Source: Paraglomus brasilianum | Lineage: Eukaryota | Length of the DNA stretch: 52,954 nt | Direction of reading: 5' to 3' | NCBI GenBank assembly: GCA_910592345.1 | Contig: CAJVPI010000112.1 | Location: forward strand, 1-52,954 | Shown: positions 23,013-36,116 of the stretch, piece by piece | Numbering within the stretch: the first letter of the stretch is position 1 | Layout of the letters: every line of letters starts with the position of its first letter | Made by a program: the position numbers and the translations under genes | The notes under the pieces: model-generated | Databases searched by the model: none | Told to the model about the DNA's origin: nothing | The model's input: only the letters and a program-made list of their open reading frames with translations

Positions 23013-24899
23013 GCTTAGTGATTATTTGGTTTGCAGATACAACTTAGATATGTTATTTTGTCGTGAAGTGCCAAACCTATGTGATACGGTCGACCCCGTG
23101 GCAAAATTTGAACCAAACCAGTTTAGGATTAGGTAACCAACAATGTTTTATTTGGGAGTTGATCACGTTCACTGTCAGCTCCTTTTATTTTTCCCGTCTA
23201 TACAGAATGTAAATATCGTATCGAGTAGAGTTTCTTTCATGGGATGATATTTAAAACAGACTAGTTTGTCCAAGTGACTGGTAAACAAATAGAGCACAAT
23301 TTGGCAATGATGAGTTCATTATTATACGTGTATTCTACATACTTCTCCAAATTATTATATTTCGATCAATGATGAAATGCTGGTCAATAGATTGTCGCTG
23401 GAGGTGCTAATGGAACGAGTCATCATTTAAAGTAAAGCGCACACCAATTTCCAATCGAATGTCTGTTTATCGTGTTCCTCGGTATATGCATTCTCTATAA
23501 ATTGTCAATAAGTGATCAGCAATATACCGCATTTTACTTATTTAACCGGCTAGTTTAATGTCAGGTTTGATATCTAGGTTGCGTTACTTTAAAATATTCT
23601 AGAGCCTTCCACAAGTGTTATTGCGCTGGATTTGCTTTAAAAAAAAGTTGTAAAGAATCTACTCACCATCATTTTCTATTGTAGTCAATGTCTCACAATT
23701 TTTGTTAGTGTGCGGTAAGCAGCGCGTATATGCTCATTATCATATACTTACTCATGCTGACATCTTGATGGCATTTGCTCGTCTACAATGTGTGAAATCT
23801 TGGATCTATTTTGATAGTCCATCTACGTTATTACATGAAATAGTCTTGAAATTTTTTATACTTCTCTATCAAGAGACGTTTTTGTGAACGAACAGATGTC
23901 TGGTCGTTAATTATACTTCCCAATCTGTAGATTAACAATTCGTGGGTTGTTATTATTATAGTATGGCAGTCAACAGTTAAATGGAGACCTGTCCACGTCA
24001 TAACGTTTGCGCTCTGGGATTCGTTGCTTTAAATGGAAAGTGCTTCGCCCAGGGACAGTCTCGCCTTTTTACGCTCACACAACGCGCTCTGTACTTTATG
24101 CAAATGTGGCTTTGTCTTTTCTCCATAGTTAGCGTAATACTATTTTTGCTAAATAACAACCGGTTGTCATTATGATAAACATTATGAAAAGCATTAAAGT
24201 TTTCTTGTTACTGCTCTATTTATTCTGGGCTTAGACAAGAAGTGAAAATATTGAAAGCAATGGTCTCAGAATCTGGCAAAAAATGAACATATTTATCTTC
24301 CATTGTTATGTGAATTAAATCTGTAATTAGTTACATTGTATGGAATAGTTGACAGGACGCGTCCATTAGATATACGATATACATATAAGCAATTCACACC
24401 GAGTTCGGAAGCATATCAATGAATTTGAAGGATAAATTTATTATCTGAGTCTTTTTTTAAAAAAACAACTGTAGACTTTCAAGTCAGCAGCACTCAACCC
24501 ATCGACGCGTCGAAAGTAATAGTAACGTAATGTAGTTATATTAAAGCTCTATCATAGTTACTTGGCTTCAGTAACATCCACGCATGAAGAAATTTACCTA
24601 AATTTTAATTTCAAATGGGTTTCTTTTTGGTCTACTTGAATATATGGTGATAAAGTTTTCGGAATAGAATGAGCAAATAATGACACCATTTCCTTCCGAA
24701 ATACGCGTCTAACCAAAAAGTCACATAACGCGATTTGCACTCTCTATTTTATGCATGTAGACCGACAAAAAACTCGGCTACATAATTTTGTAATTCGCAC
24801 AATTTGTTTAAGTACAGAGATAAGGCTTTGATTGCAAATTTATAATTATTCTATAGACAACGGTACCAAGGTGTCTACACTTTGCATACATTAATCTCT

Positions 24900-25115
24900 A
24901 TTTCGCTTTCTACAATATACGTCCTGGGAGACCCTGATTAATCAAAGCCCGGATCTTAATCCAAGCGAAAATTGATTGGTAAAAAACCAGTTGAGTGGAA
25001 TAATTTAGAAAGAATAGGAAGAGATTGGAAAAAGCATATCTGTAGAATTTTATGCTTGTCTGACCATTTCTCGTTTTCGCCCACAAGAAATTTTTTTTGT
25101 TCCATAATACTACGA
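24900..25115 (+). mobile_element. Small Tc1/mariner transposase relic
   Basis: caaagcccggatcttaatccaagcgaaaat at ~24944-24973 reads QSPDLNPSEN, a degenerate SPDLNPIEN motif. Flanks are decayed. Confidence 0.5.
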
Positions 25116-26222
25116 CATGCGCAAATCTCGTTTGCTAATTAACCCAATAGACTAATACTTCTTTGTCATGTCTAGAAGCATGGTTAAATTCTCATTTTGT
25201 CCAAAACGCTTGAAATTCGGTTTAGACACTTTTGACTCACATGTTCGTGTTTCTCTTTGCTTATAGTAACAGTCAATAAGATTTCAATTGTAACCTCGTG
25301 TGGATTTACGTCGGTACGCTTTTTTAAAAACATAAAACTTTTTGCCTTCCTAGTAGTAGTGAATGTATCCAGAGAGGGTAAACGTAGTGTTTAAGTGGTG
25401 CACCTAGAGAGCTTTCGTATATTAGCCCAACAGTTTAGCAGGATTAACGTCCGTGATCCGATCTAAGGACATCTGTATTATATTCAGCTTTGTGTGAGAA
25501 ATTTCTAAATGCTGCTATAATGCCTTTATGTTATTAGAATCATACTTTTTTGCTGACACACGCTATTATTACAATATCACGTGGTAGCTGCAAATATATA
25601 TAATCGATACTTCTGCTGCGACTTTCGCATAATTATTGCGATATAGGATAGCGATATCGCTAAATACCAGCTTCTCCCGCACGAGCAATCAATGGATTCG
25701 ACGACTCTGTGTACAAATTTACAGAGTTCGATCAATTTCATTAATGTGTTGGCGTTGAGGAATATCTAAAAGTGGAAAATGTGCCTTGATTCCCATTTTA
25801 ATGGATGAAGATTTTCCCGAATCGAGGTTATTGATTTTGAGTATCTCGCATGTTGTTACGTAGAAATTTGAATGTTCTTGCATACGTTTATGCGTATGCA
25901 GACAGCATGTGTTTATTGTCTTTATAGTATTTACATAATGTTCGTGAGCCCCAACTTCCGTCTTAAAGAGGTATCTGTCCATTTCAATGAAGAATTGGGA
26001 CTACTAAAAATTTCATCTTCTGAAGATTCAGTATAAATAACGAATACTATCCTAACAAATGTAATGCAAGTAAATTAATATAATAGTCCTCTTCATATAG
26101 TAATAAATGAAGCGTCCCTCTCATATTTATTTGAGCTCACAATTTCTATGGGCATAGTACATAGGCGATCAGTTTACGCTGTACGTACCATCTTCGTTAA
26201 TATTCTATGCCTCATTGTGGTC

Positions 26223-27046
26223 TCATCGTCTACCTTTCCTGCCTTTCTTCTTTGACGATCCCGACCGAATAACTGGTGTGCTCGCAGAAGCAGATGCTGT
26301 AGATCCACCAGCTGCAGCACTAGAAGATGATGCCGCCGAACTACTTCCTCCGCTCTCCCGTAACAATCCTGATGGTGCAGCAGGAGAATGCTTCGGAGGA
26401 TATTCCTGAGGACTTTGCTGGATGGTTTGCAGTATTTTGGCTACACGCTTCATCAATTCCTTCCCTTTGGTAATGCAAGCTTAGTAAGAATGTGATTGAG
26501 CGAGGCAGTTTTAGGAAATTAGAATACAAACTTGTCTTAATCGTGGGGTCTACTAGGGTATTGTCCTCCATTTTCAGTTGTACGCGTATTCTACCCGGAT
26601 TCTCCCAATCACGGGGGTGTCTCTTGTGTGGCTGCAAGCAAAAAAATATCTATTGAGCCGCACATTGCTGAGAGGCATCAATGAAGCATTCTATCACACA
26701 CCTCAAAAAACAATGACAATTGCAATGCTTTAATAGATTCAGCCAAGTCTTTTGCTAGTGGATGGGGGACGGATAAATCTTTAATGATTTTTCGACCCTG
26801 TTTAACGGATTTCGTAGAATCAAAGTATACGGGATATAGACAGACCCATCTGCAGAAAACGAATAATGAATAATGAATACTCTGTGATCGAAGACATTTG
26901 CAAAAAATTACCACTATTTACGATTTATATGCACTGTCATCCTTCACTGTTGTGAAGGAGGCGTTGGGAAGTAAGTCTGGCATGAGCTCGCTCGGATCAT
27001 AATCGGGTGGGTCATCGTATTCTGAAGGTTTGGATTTTTTTGTCAT
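26223..27046 (-). CDS. SEC65: Signal recognition particle subunit SRP19/Sec65, 4 exons
   Basis: MTKKSKPSEY... / WVCLYPVYFDSTKSVKQGRKI / PHKRHPRDWENPGRIRVQLK / ...KKKGRKGRR*. These are SRP19 signature motifs, joined by GT-AG introns. Confidence 0.95.
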
Positions 27047-27443
27047 TTCAGACAAAATCAACAAAAAGATTTTCTGGTATTCATTGACAATAACAATGGT
27101 CAAAACTGTGATTTACGTCACAGGGGTACAATAATAAATTGGGTGTCACAATAAACATATCAATGTGACTTATTATTTACTGCTCTTTTAGAAATTAAAA
27201 TTATACATTAAGGTGATATGCATCATGCTCAAAGCATGTCGCTAAAGACAATCAAATCTGGTTAACTGACGTGGCACTTTGAAAGTTAAAGTAAAATATA
27301 TAAATTGGATTCGAAGGTTAATACAATCTCGACAATAAAAGAAGCCATTTATGAGATGAACATTCCACTCTTACTAGGTGATATTGGACACCAGACAATA
27401 ACAAATCTATATAGAATGAGGAGAAACCCGCATATTACAACAG

Positions 27444-28222
27444 CTAAGAACTTTGCGAATACCCAGAGAACTCGTAATTGATTCCCAGCTCTTTCATCTT
27501 TTTCCTTCTCTCGTTGTCTTTTCGTATAAGGCGATTTGCCATATCGGTTATTTCTTTAGCGCTTCGTCTTCTATTGAACTTGTTTGCGGCTACTTTAATA
27601 GCCAAACCGGGTTTTATCTTTTTGCCAAGCCCGCACCATATCATTGGATGAATTTTGTCCTTTGGCACAACATTGCCTAAAGATACCAGCAAACCACATT
27701 AGCATGCATAGAATGCTTGGACAAACAATGTAGAGATTACTAACATTTAAGTAGATGATTATGCAAAAGATAATTATTCATGGTCTCAGCAACAATCTGA
27801 GCTGCCTCCGCAGATTCAAATTCTATAAATGCAAAATGTCGTGACTTCCCTGTCTAATATTATATATGGGGAAATGAGCGAACGTCAAAAACGAGTATTA
27901 CATAAGCAAATGAAAGTATATATTACCATTGCAAAATTGATCATTAACAAACCTTTTTGTTACGAGATAGCTTCAGTTTGTTAATCTTACCAAACTGGCT
28001 GAAATACTCGCGCATTTCTTTCTCATAGAATCCATGTGGTATTCTACCTACATAGACTACACCTGGCCCGGCTACACCCGGCTCAGCCAGTGATTCCTGT
28101 CGAATAATAATTATAGCAAGGGTCATCAGAATAGCTAGCAGGATAATCATAGGTTGCTATCGGCTTTGATGTTTAACCTCGCTTGTAGAACTTTCTTGTA
28201 ATCGTTGCTTCGTTTCTTTCAT
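27444..28222 (-). CDS. NOP15: Nucleolar RRM protein Nop15/NIFK (60S biogenesis), 4 exons
   Basis: [31 protein letters not shown] / [29 protein letters not shown] / ..IHP..W ..[15 protein letters not shown] at 28222, TAG at 27446-27444. Confidence 0.92.
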
Positions 28223-28706
28223 TGCGGTTAATTGTTTGAACCAAAACTTTTTTCTATGCTTGATTTATCGTCATATATCACATGACAAAGTGATTTGCGT
28301 TATCACATGATTACGGACATTTCTTGCACGTGCCCATCATCAATATATCGCGTCTAGAAAAGAATCAATTTATTCCCAACAAGTTTGTCATTTACTCATA
28401 CCAAAAATTGCAAAAGATTTCCAATTTCCAAAATGGCATGCTTAATGTTTCGGTTTGTGTCAACAGAATATATGCACGAGTCGTGTGTGGAAATTAATGA
28501 ACGGACTTTATGTAGGATTCGACTTATTATTATGGGCGATGAGGGTGATCTAACAATAATGACGGAATTTCGGTTTTACACAAAAAAGTCGCATGAGATT
28601 TATAGCAACCAAAAGTTGAACAGAATACAAAAACTGTTTGCAATTTTGCTAAACCGATTTTAATTTAAAAGACTAAACGAAAGAATTTGTATACGTTAAA
28701 GTTGGT

Positions 28707-31700
28707 TCACGTATCAACATCCATATAATCCGTTGTATTGGCGTTTCCAACAACCGGTTCATCATCAGAACTGCTCAACATATCGGATTCACCTTCTTCC
28801 TCAGAACTACTCGTAATGGTTTGCATTACATTTGGGGTTTGTTCGTCTGAATTATTAATATCGCTACTTTTTGATCCACCATCGTCTGTCATCTCCGATC
28901 CACTCGCAAGCTCTCGTTCACCGTCTTCCAACACCTCGTCGGAGGCTGGTTTCATTCCTTCATCGCTTTCTTCATCATTATTACCTTGTTCCCCATATAC
29001 AGCCTTTAACCGGCTGCGAATACGTAAGCCTATTACAAGCTTACGCCATTTACCTAATACCTCTTTCTCCCTTTTGGCATTAGATGTCGCTTCTATGTGA
29101 GCCGCATATTCCACCCAAGCCTAATTTTAGCAACACAGTATTAAAAATGAGAAGAGAATGCGACCATCTCTTTGGACTAACACTTCTTACCTCCAATAAT
29201 GTCTTCTCATGTTCTTGGGCAACGACAATGCCATTTATTAGTGGAACACATCTTCGCGACTGAAAATCGAAACCGACCTTGAGACATGCATTGACAATTA
29301 TTAGCTAGACTCTACTTAACGAAGTAATACGAGATCACCACCGAAATACTCACAACAGCCAGGGCATAATCGATAGAGAGTCTCTTTGCAATTTTTCCAA
29401 TGCCGTTAACTTATAAAATCAATCGTTTAAGCCTTACGTGGTAACCAGTCAACCAACGAAGAAACATGATTTTCTAAGGAACGTCTTACTTTCAATGTGC
29501 ACACCACCAGGAGGACACATGCTTGGCTTAAACATGTCAATATTGCCATAGTGATTTTTTGGAACAATCCCCTACATCATATAAATAAATCTTTTGTTTA
29601 TCCGATTATATGATAACAATATCATACTATCACAACCCCCTTACATTAATAATAGGTTTCGCTCTATAAACTTCAGTTTGCCATTCGCCATATAATGCAA
29701 CTTCCAGAGGACCGTCGTCTTTCATAAGCTGGATTCGCCGTTTTGAAATAGTCATTGCACGAGATTTAACGTGTTTCAGAGGCTGCTCGCCTTCCTATGA
29801 AAGGACGAGACAAATATTCAGACTAATGATTGAGATAATAAAAGCATCTTCCACAACGAAGCTGTACCTTTACTGTTCGTCCTTCTCTCAGCCATAATTC
29901 CGCTGTATGAAGCTGTATTACATGATGTAAGCCGAAGAACGTCAGGGACTTAAGAAGTACAAACACATTTACAGTGATACCTGACGAACGTTAGCTCGTG
30001 GGTAAACCGGTATCCCACGGTATTCGCCAATAACGGGCTCTTTAGGGTGTATGTACTCGTATTTTTTCAGTTGGCGTTCGAGAGCATATCTATGGTTGGG
30101 AAAGATATTGTTGGAAGCAGCAGACAAAAAAAAAGCAATGCAGTCTACCTTACAATGGATGATTGTTGAATGCTCCAATAGAGTTAGGCATTGCTTCTGA
30201 CGCTGCAGCGGATTGCAGCTCCGCGTCTTCGATCTTGTCATGTTCCTATTCCATTATGAAATAAAAATGAGCACAAATTCTTATGAAGACAAATAGAGAC
30301 ATGTTTCGTGAAATCTCATCGATATTATCGTACACGCTCGTATGGCCGACTATATAGAGAAAGTGTTTCGTGCCACCAATCATATCCTTCTTTAGTGGGT
30401 GACAGTCGAAGTTTACGCGTTCGTGCACCAAATTGTAAAGCATAGCGGCGCGTAACATCTTTAACATATTGATCTATTATAAATAGGATTAATTTGCTAA
30501 AGTTTAAATAGGCAATCTGTGATATAAAAGGCACGCTCAAGTCTCGGACCTTCGTCAATAGCCACAACATATGCCAATATATTCTCATTCCTGCACGCAG
30601 CGGGTTCCATTGCTTCTGGTTCATTAACTTTACCACGGATAGGATCGACACAAATCCATCTCTTCTCAACTGGTGAGTACACTTCGCACCATAATACTGG
30701 TGGAAGATCGGATATTTGTTTATCTATTATTGCGGGGCAAGAATTGGACAATTGTTTCTTCGGAAAAAGAACGTATTCCCAAACAACAAAGATGCCAACC
30801 TCTGCCAACCGAGGTTCGTCTAGTAATCTTCAATGGTCGGCCGACCGTCTGTTGAGGAGAACTATATTTGTCATCAGTTTCGTCTACTTGCGAAAAAGAA
30901 CCCGATACATAATCTTCCTCTTCTGCCTTTCTATTGGCAGAAACTTTCGATCCTAGACAACCGAGAACCAACCGACAATTTTAGACCTTCGTATTGAATC
31001 TCCATGCCTACTTTCCATAAAAATTATCCATTGACTATTCTCACCTGAGGGAAAAGGTTGAAAATCCTCATCGCTTTCTTCCATAATAGCTTTTTGTGTT
31101 TTCTTTTTTGCGTGTCTGCCTAAACGCAAGGGTTTATCTTCATCTGAATCGACAGTGTGATCGGAGGTTTTACTCTTATTTTTATCTAAGATAAATTATG
31201 CCAAATGATTAATATTTAGTTCATCATTATTAGAAATCACAAATTATCAGTAAATTATTTCAATGTGAGTTATTTGGCATGTTAAACTCAACGACCTGAT
31301 AGCCTGGATGATCGACGTAAGCGAATGGGTTGAAACACATCATCGCTATCATCTTCGTTTGACGCTTGGGTATCTTCATTGCTTTCAACTTCTCTTGGTC
31401 TTTTCCCCAAACTGCGAATTTTTGGCTTTTCTTCAGTATTTTCAAACTCATTGACATCTTGTTTAATACCGCTTCGGTTTTCTTCATTTGTTCCCTCTTC
31501 TGTATTAACATGTTTAATCTTTCGCAGACTCTGCGTGGCTTTAGCTTTTTTTGCAAATGTAAATGATAAAGGCTGTAATGAGCAAACAAGTCTTGCGTCC
31601 AAACCGAGTGAGCGCAAGATAGTGGTAAACAACTGTGTTGACGTGTCTCGACTCCCTCGACGATCTGTTAAGCAGTCGCAAAATGCCGTCATCGAATCGA

Positions 31701-32703
31701 CACTATCAGAAGCATCCTATTAAACCCCGTCAAATTCTTAGTATATTGAAGTAGAGACTGGAAAGTATCATAGGAACAAACCTCAGGATGACCATCGTTA
31801 AGTTCCGTGTAACACCATGACCGTACTCCAAGTTTTGTAACGTTAAAAAACTTCTTCCACCAGCTGCATAGTTTCAGCAGCGCTGGAATCAACTGCTTTT
31901 CACTCACTTTACTTTTTTCTTTAGTAATTCTCTCAATTTGATAAGCAAGATCTTGACGAAGCAGCGAGTATATGAGGGCCTGTTTTCAATCCGATGACGG
32001 GTAGCATGAAGTTAACTGTCTGAATTCATTTGATAAAACAAGTCGCGTTACATAAAACAGTTTGTGCACCTGACATAACTCGTGGGAACACCACAGGTTT
32101 CTATAACGGAGATTCGCTAGCAAGCAAAGCAAATGTGTCTTGTGAATTTCAATACGAACGCTTCGATCAGCCTTCGTAATCCCACGCGCTCTAATGAAAT
32201 AATTCGTTCCGTTGTATCATTATTAGCTCAAACCTGATATGAGATATCACAAATAAAATACCTTATCTGTATCTTGGGCATCTCAAACGTAATTTCTATA
32301 GCCTTATCTATTATGGGCTCGCCTTTTGCCATCACAGAAGATTAATGAGCCAATCAGAATAAAATAGCTTAGTTGTTATTAATGTCAATATTTCCTAATT
32401 ACTTTGCTTTCTCGGTATATCCACTTCTTCCCAATCATCACTATTATCGCTGTCCATGGGCCCTCTATCCTCTTCCTGACCATCTTCACGTACAGCCTTT
32501 GGATGATGTACTTTAGCGCTAACTCCTTTGTCTTTTCGCTTCAAATCAAAACTGACATGCTCTAAAATGCTCTTTGTTCCATCTGCATGCAATATAATTT
32601 CCTTATTATCAACCTCTTTCGATCGAACATCTTCATTTCTTTTTTTAACAATTGACGCGTTCCTTGCTGGGCGACTTTTTGTCCCGCTAGTTTTGCGTTT
32701 CAT
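28707..32703 (-). CDS. RAD4: DNA damage recognition protein Rad4/XPC, multi-exon
   Basis: DWEEVD N-terminus; RIEIHKTHLLCLLA; GSRDTSTQLFTTILRSLGLDARLVCSLQP; PVLWCEVYS..WICVDP; KDVTRRY; HPLYALERQLKKYE; LYGEWQT; PKNHYGNIDMFKPSMCP; AVVGFDF..PLINGIVV; W.KLVIGLRI. Covers the TGase-like and BHD1-3 domains. Confidence 0.96.
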
Positions 32704-33126
32704 AGTGAAAGAATACAACGGGAATGATCGAGTATGTGTTTCGTCACGATAGCTTTTGCTACGATCCTGTCAAATCCACGTGTGGTGTCAGAAACGGTGT
32801 TACATACTACATTATAGTATTATCTATGACTGCTATCACTATGGAGTTACACCAGCTAACTATGTTTGGGTCTCTAGAAGCCTTCGATAGCAGATACTGT
32901 AATTAATGCTTTTGAATACTGCCGGTTTTGCGTGTTCTCGCTTCACCTTCCACCCTTCTTGTATCGATTTAAACACGTCACGTAGGAGATACAGGAATAT
33001 CATGTTGTAAGACTAAAAAGAACAACATTATTAGGTTTAATGAATTTATATTAGTATGGTTAATCATGGCAATTTGTCATAATAAAAGGGGTACATACCC
33101 TGGACTTTATTCACTCTGATTGAGAC

Positions 33127-33760
33127 CTACGTCACAATTCCGTTACTTTGGCAAAGTAATAGTATCCTCCCACATTCTTGTCTTTCTATAGTCTTGAATC
33201 TTTTCCCAACATTTTCTTTAAACGGACCCGTATATCTTCCAGTTTTGACTAATAATGGGAAATCACTTATTATGACAGAGTGGCGACCACATCCGACTTT
33301 TCCTTCAATGCTAATTGCTTCCCAAATATGCACTTTCAGCAGCTTTATCTTAGAGCAACGTTCATTGCGATTACGTGTCCACGCAAAGAGATATTGCATT
33401 ATTTTTTATTAGGAGGAAAAAAACGATCTCATAGTCGAGTTTCATCTATGGGTAATTCTCTTTCTATCCACATGATTACATGCCCAAGGCAAGCGGTCTG
33501 CTGGAGTAAAACCCTACGGATAGTGCAGTCGCTAACCTCGAGTTCAGAATCCATTTCTTCAAGAGCAATTAACGCAGTCAAACATGAGACATGTTAGAAA
33601 GATTTCTTTCAGCAAATTTATTACAGAAAATGCATATTTTCGTTGGAAAGTGAGCCCAGCATTAGCAATAATATTAAAATCACGATTTCGTTCTTACAAT
33701 ACAAGACTGCGATGTTATCTTACAGTTTACCATTCTTCAACCCAACGCATTAAGCACATA
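33127..33760 (-). mobile_element. Degenerate Tc1/IS630-type transposase relic
   Basis: Broken frames give LEVSDCTIRRVL (HTH), VIMW..IDE and LKVHIWEAISIEG (cf. VHVWGAISxxG). Confidence 0.55.
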
Positions 33761-36116
33761 CTTTGTGGTATGTTGGCTTCTTGAAATGGACACATAATTG
33801 GGAGAAATTGAGTCTGCTAACGAATTTATGATCACGTTTTCTAAAATCTTGATCCTAATTCGGATTCGGATCAATGCATCCATATCTTATCGTCACTTTT
33901 TTATGCGCTGTTGTATTACAATCAACAAGTGTGAATTGAGGATATCCGAAAAGTAGCTACACGTACCTGCAATACGCCGAGCGAGTGATCAAGAAACGTT
34001 TATCTGATCATTCCTAGATCACATGCAATATTGCTATAGTAATAGTGTTCTGGCAACAGCGCAATAAGTATTCGGATGTTATCTGAAGGTAGCTTTCACT
34101 CGGGCCAATCACTCTGTACGCTAGATCCTATTTTGTGAGATGGCTTTGGTATGTGATTAGAAGTCAACCAGTGCGATAATAGTAATGTTAACGACCGTTA
34201 TTATGGTGCAGTATTGCGATAGTAGACGATTGATTGGCCGGAAGATCTTTCGTAATAAGCATTTTAACATTTGTATTATACGTGTGATTAGTAAGTGATC
34301 TTATTATATTTTCGGCCATTGTTGACTAAACAATGCTACCTGCAAGTATGCTTTAATTTGTTCTTTGTGAATATTCTGTTGGTGGATTCAATACGTTGTT
34401 GATTGGTGGGAGTAGTGACTTATTCGTTACCAATCAGAATAAATGAACGTGTAATACAACAGGGACAATGCAGTGTCTGATGTAAGCGATAGTGTTGGAT
34501 GCATAGTAGAACGGAAGAAAGGATGAAGACGAGCAATTGCAGTAAAAGCATCGTTATGACCATTATCAATGATATTACCTCATACTTTCACAAATTATAG
34601 TCTCTAAAATCAACCATTAGTCAGTTGTACTACTGGATACGTTAGTAAGTTCATTTCATTGAACCTTTGCCCTCACACTACTTGTCATCGTGTGACACTA
34701 AACAAACGCACAGACCAAATACTTTGTATCGGAATCAATGATGTCTGGTCCCTTATGCATCAATCCCTATCCAATACGGATATTTCATCAGCTTCTGTTC
34801 TTGATACGGGGTAGAGGTTATATAAGCAGTTATATAATGACATAAGCAAGCAAAGATGGATTATGGAAACAGCGGAATAAGAGCGGGATTGAAATAAAGT
34901 TTTGGGATGGGACAAGATGAAGGGGCTTGGCGAGATAAATGGGTTAAGTAAATCGAACCGACAGCACTATTTGTGTGATCGACGGCAACGAATCCATTAG
35001 TTCGTGAACGTCTAAAGCTTAGATATCAAAAAGGGAGAAATCTTGTTTGGAGGGAAGTTTGAACTTTTCATATTCGATTTGTGTCACTATGAACTCACTT
35101 TTCGTTACTGTGTTAAATCGCAACTCGTGATCGTAAATATGGGCTGTAGCGCAGTCTCATATGCTGCCATTGATTGTCCGGTCTATGGACTTCGTAACCT
35201 TAATGTTGGCCAATACTTTTCAAAAGTATAAATATTTCACCGAACAGCAAGCCCTCAATGCAAGCTTATTGTCACAGATCAAATCTAGCGTAAGAGAATA
35301 ATTCTTAGAACGAACAATTTATATAAAACAAATCTGATATCAAATATTAAATCATGTCGGCCACGTGATAATGCGTCGGGAGACTGATTTATCAAGTCTA
35401 CCTAGTGTAATTGCTTCTTTAAACGTTGGAACAAGCCTTTTTTGTAGAGCAAGAAATAGTATAATCACATTGTTGCAGTATTTTTAATATGATTAATTCT
35501 TGCAGGCATACGTTCAATTTGAAGGTCTAGAGTTGGTGTTTGGTTCTTAAACACAGAAAGGATCGGCTTATTACTAGGGGCGACTGCTCCCTCGCTATTT
35601 TTTTTTAATCTCACCGTAATTTTAAAACATAAGGTGCAATTTTCTCTCTCTGTGATAACACAAATTTAAAAATGAAACTGAAATTTATATTTAGTAAGCA
35701 TAATAATAAGCCACAATTGTGCCATCAAAGCTAAGTCTTTCCAAACCGTCATCAGTCATTAGCTTTTCAGTCACCAGTTTTGAATTTACATGATCAAATG
35801 TTCACTTTGTCTGGTTTTTATTTTGTGCAGTCTGCCCCATATATAAATATTTTGTATATATAAAATATACGAGAAATCTAGCCCTTTCATTCTCAAAATC
35901 ATACATTGTAATATATCACCGAAAAACACTCACTTAATAAAACAGCAAATGAATATCAGTTGATTAGCATATAATAAGTACCCTGTGCAATATATAGAAA
36001 ATATGTTGCTTGTAATATTTAAATGATAAAGTCCAAAAATGCATGCAAAGAAATATATATATACTACAAGAAAAGAATAATAGTCCATACAATTAAACAA
36101 TACATCTTTAAGTTCA

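Noticed and set aside
35530..35610. ACAGAA..CGGCTTA plus hairpin and T-run, reminiscent of an RNase P RNA 3' end
   Set aside because: Spacing is wrong and there is no matching upstream GGAAAGUC/CR-I element.
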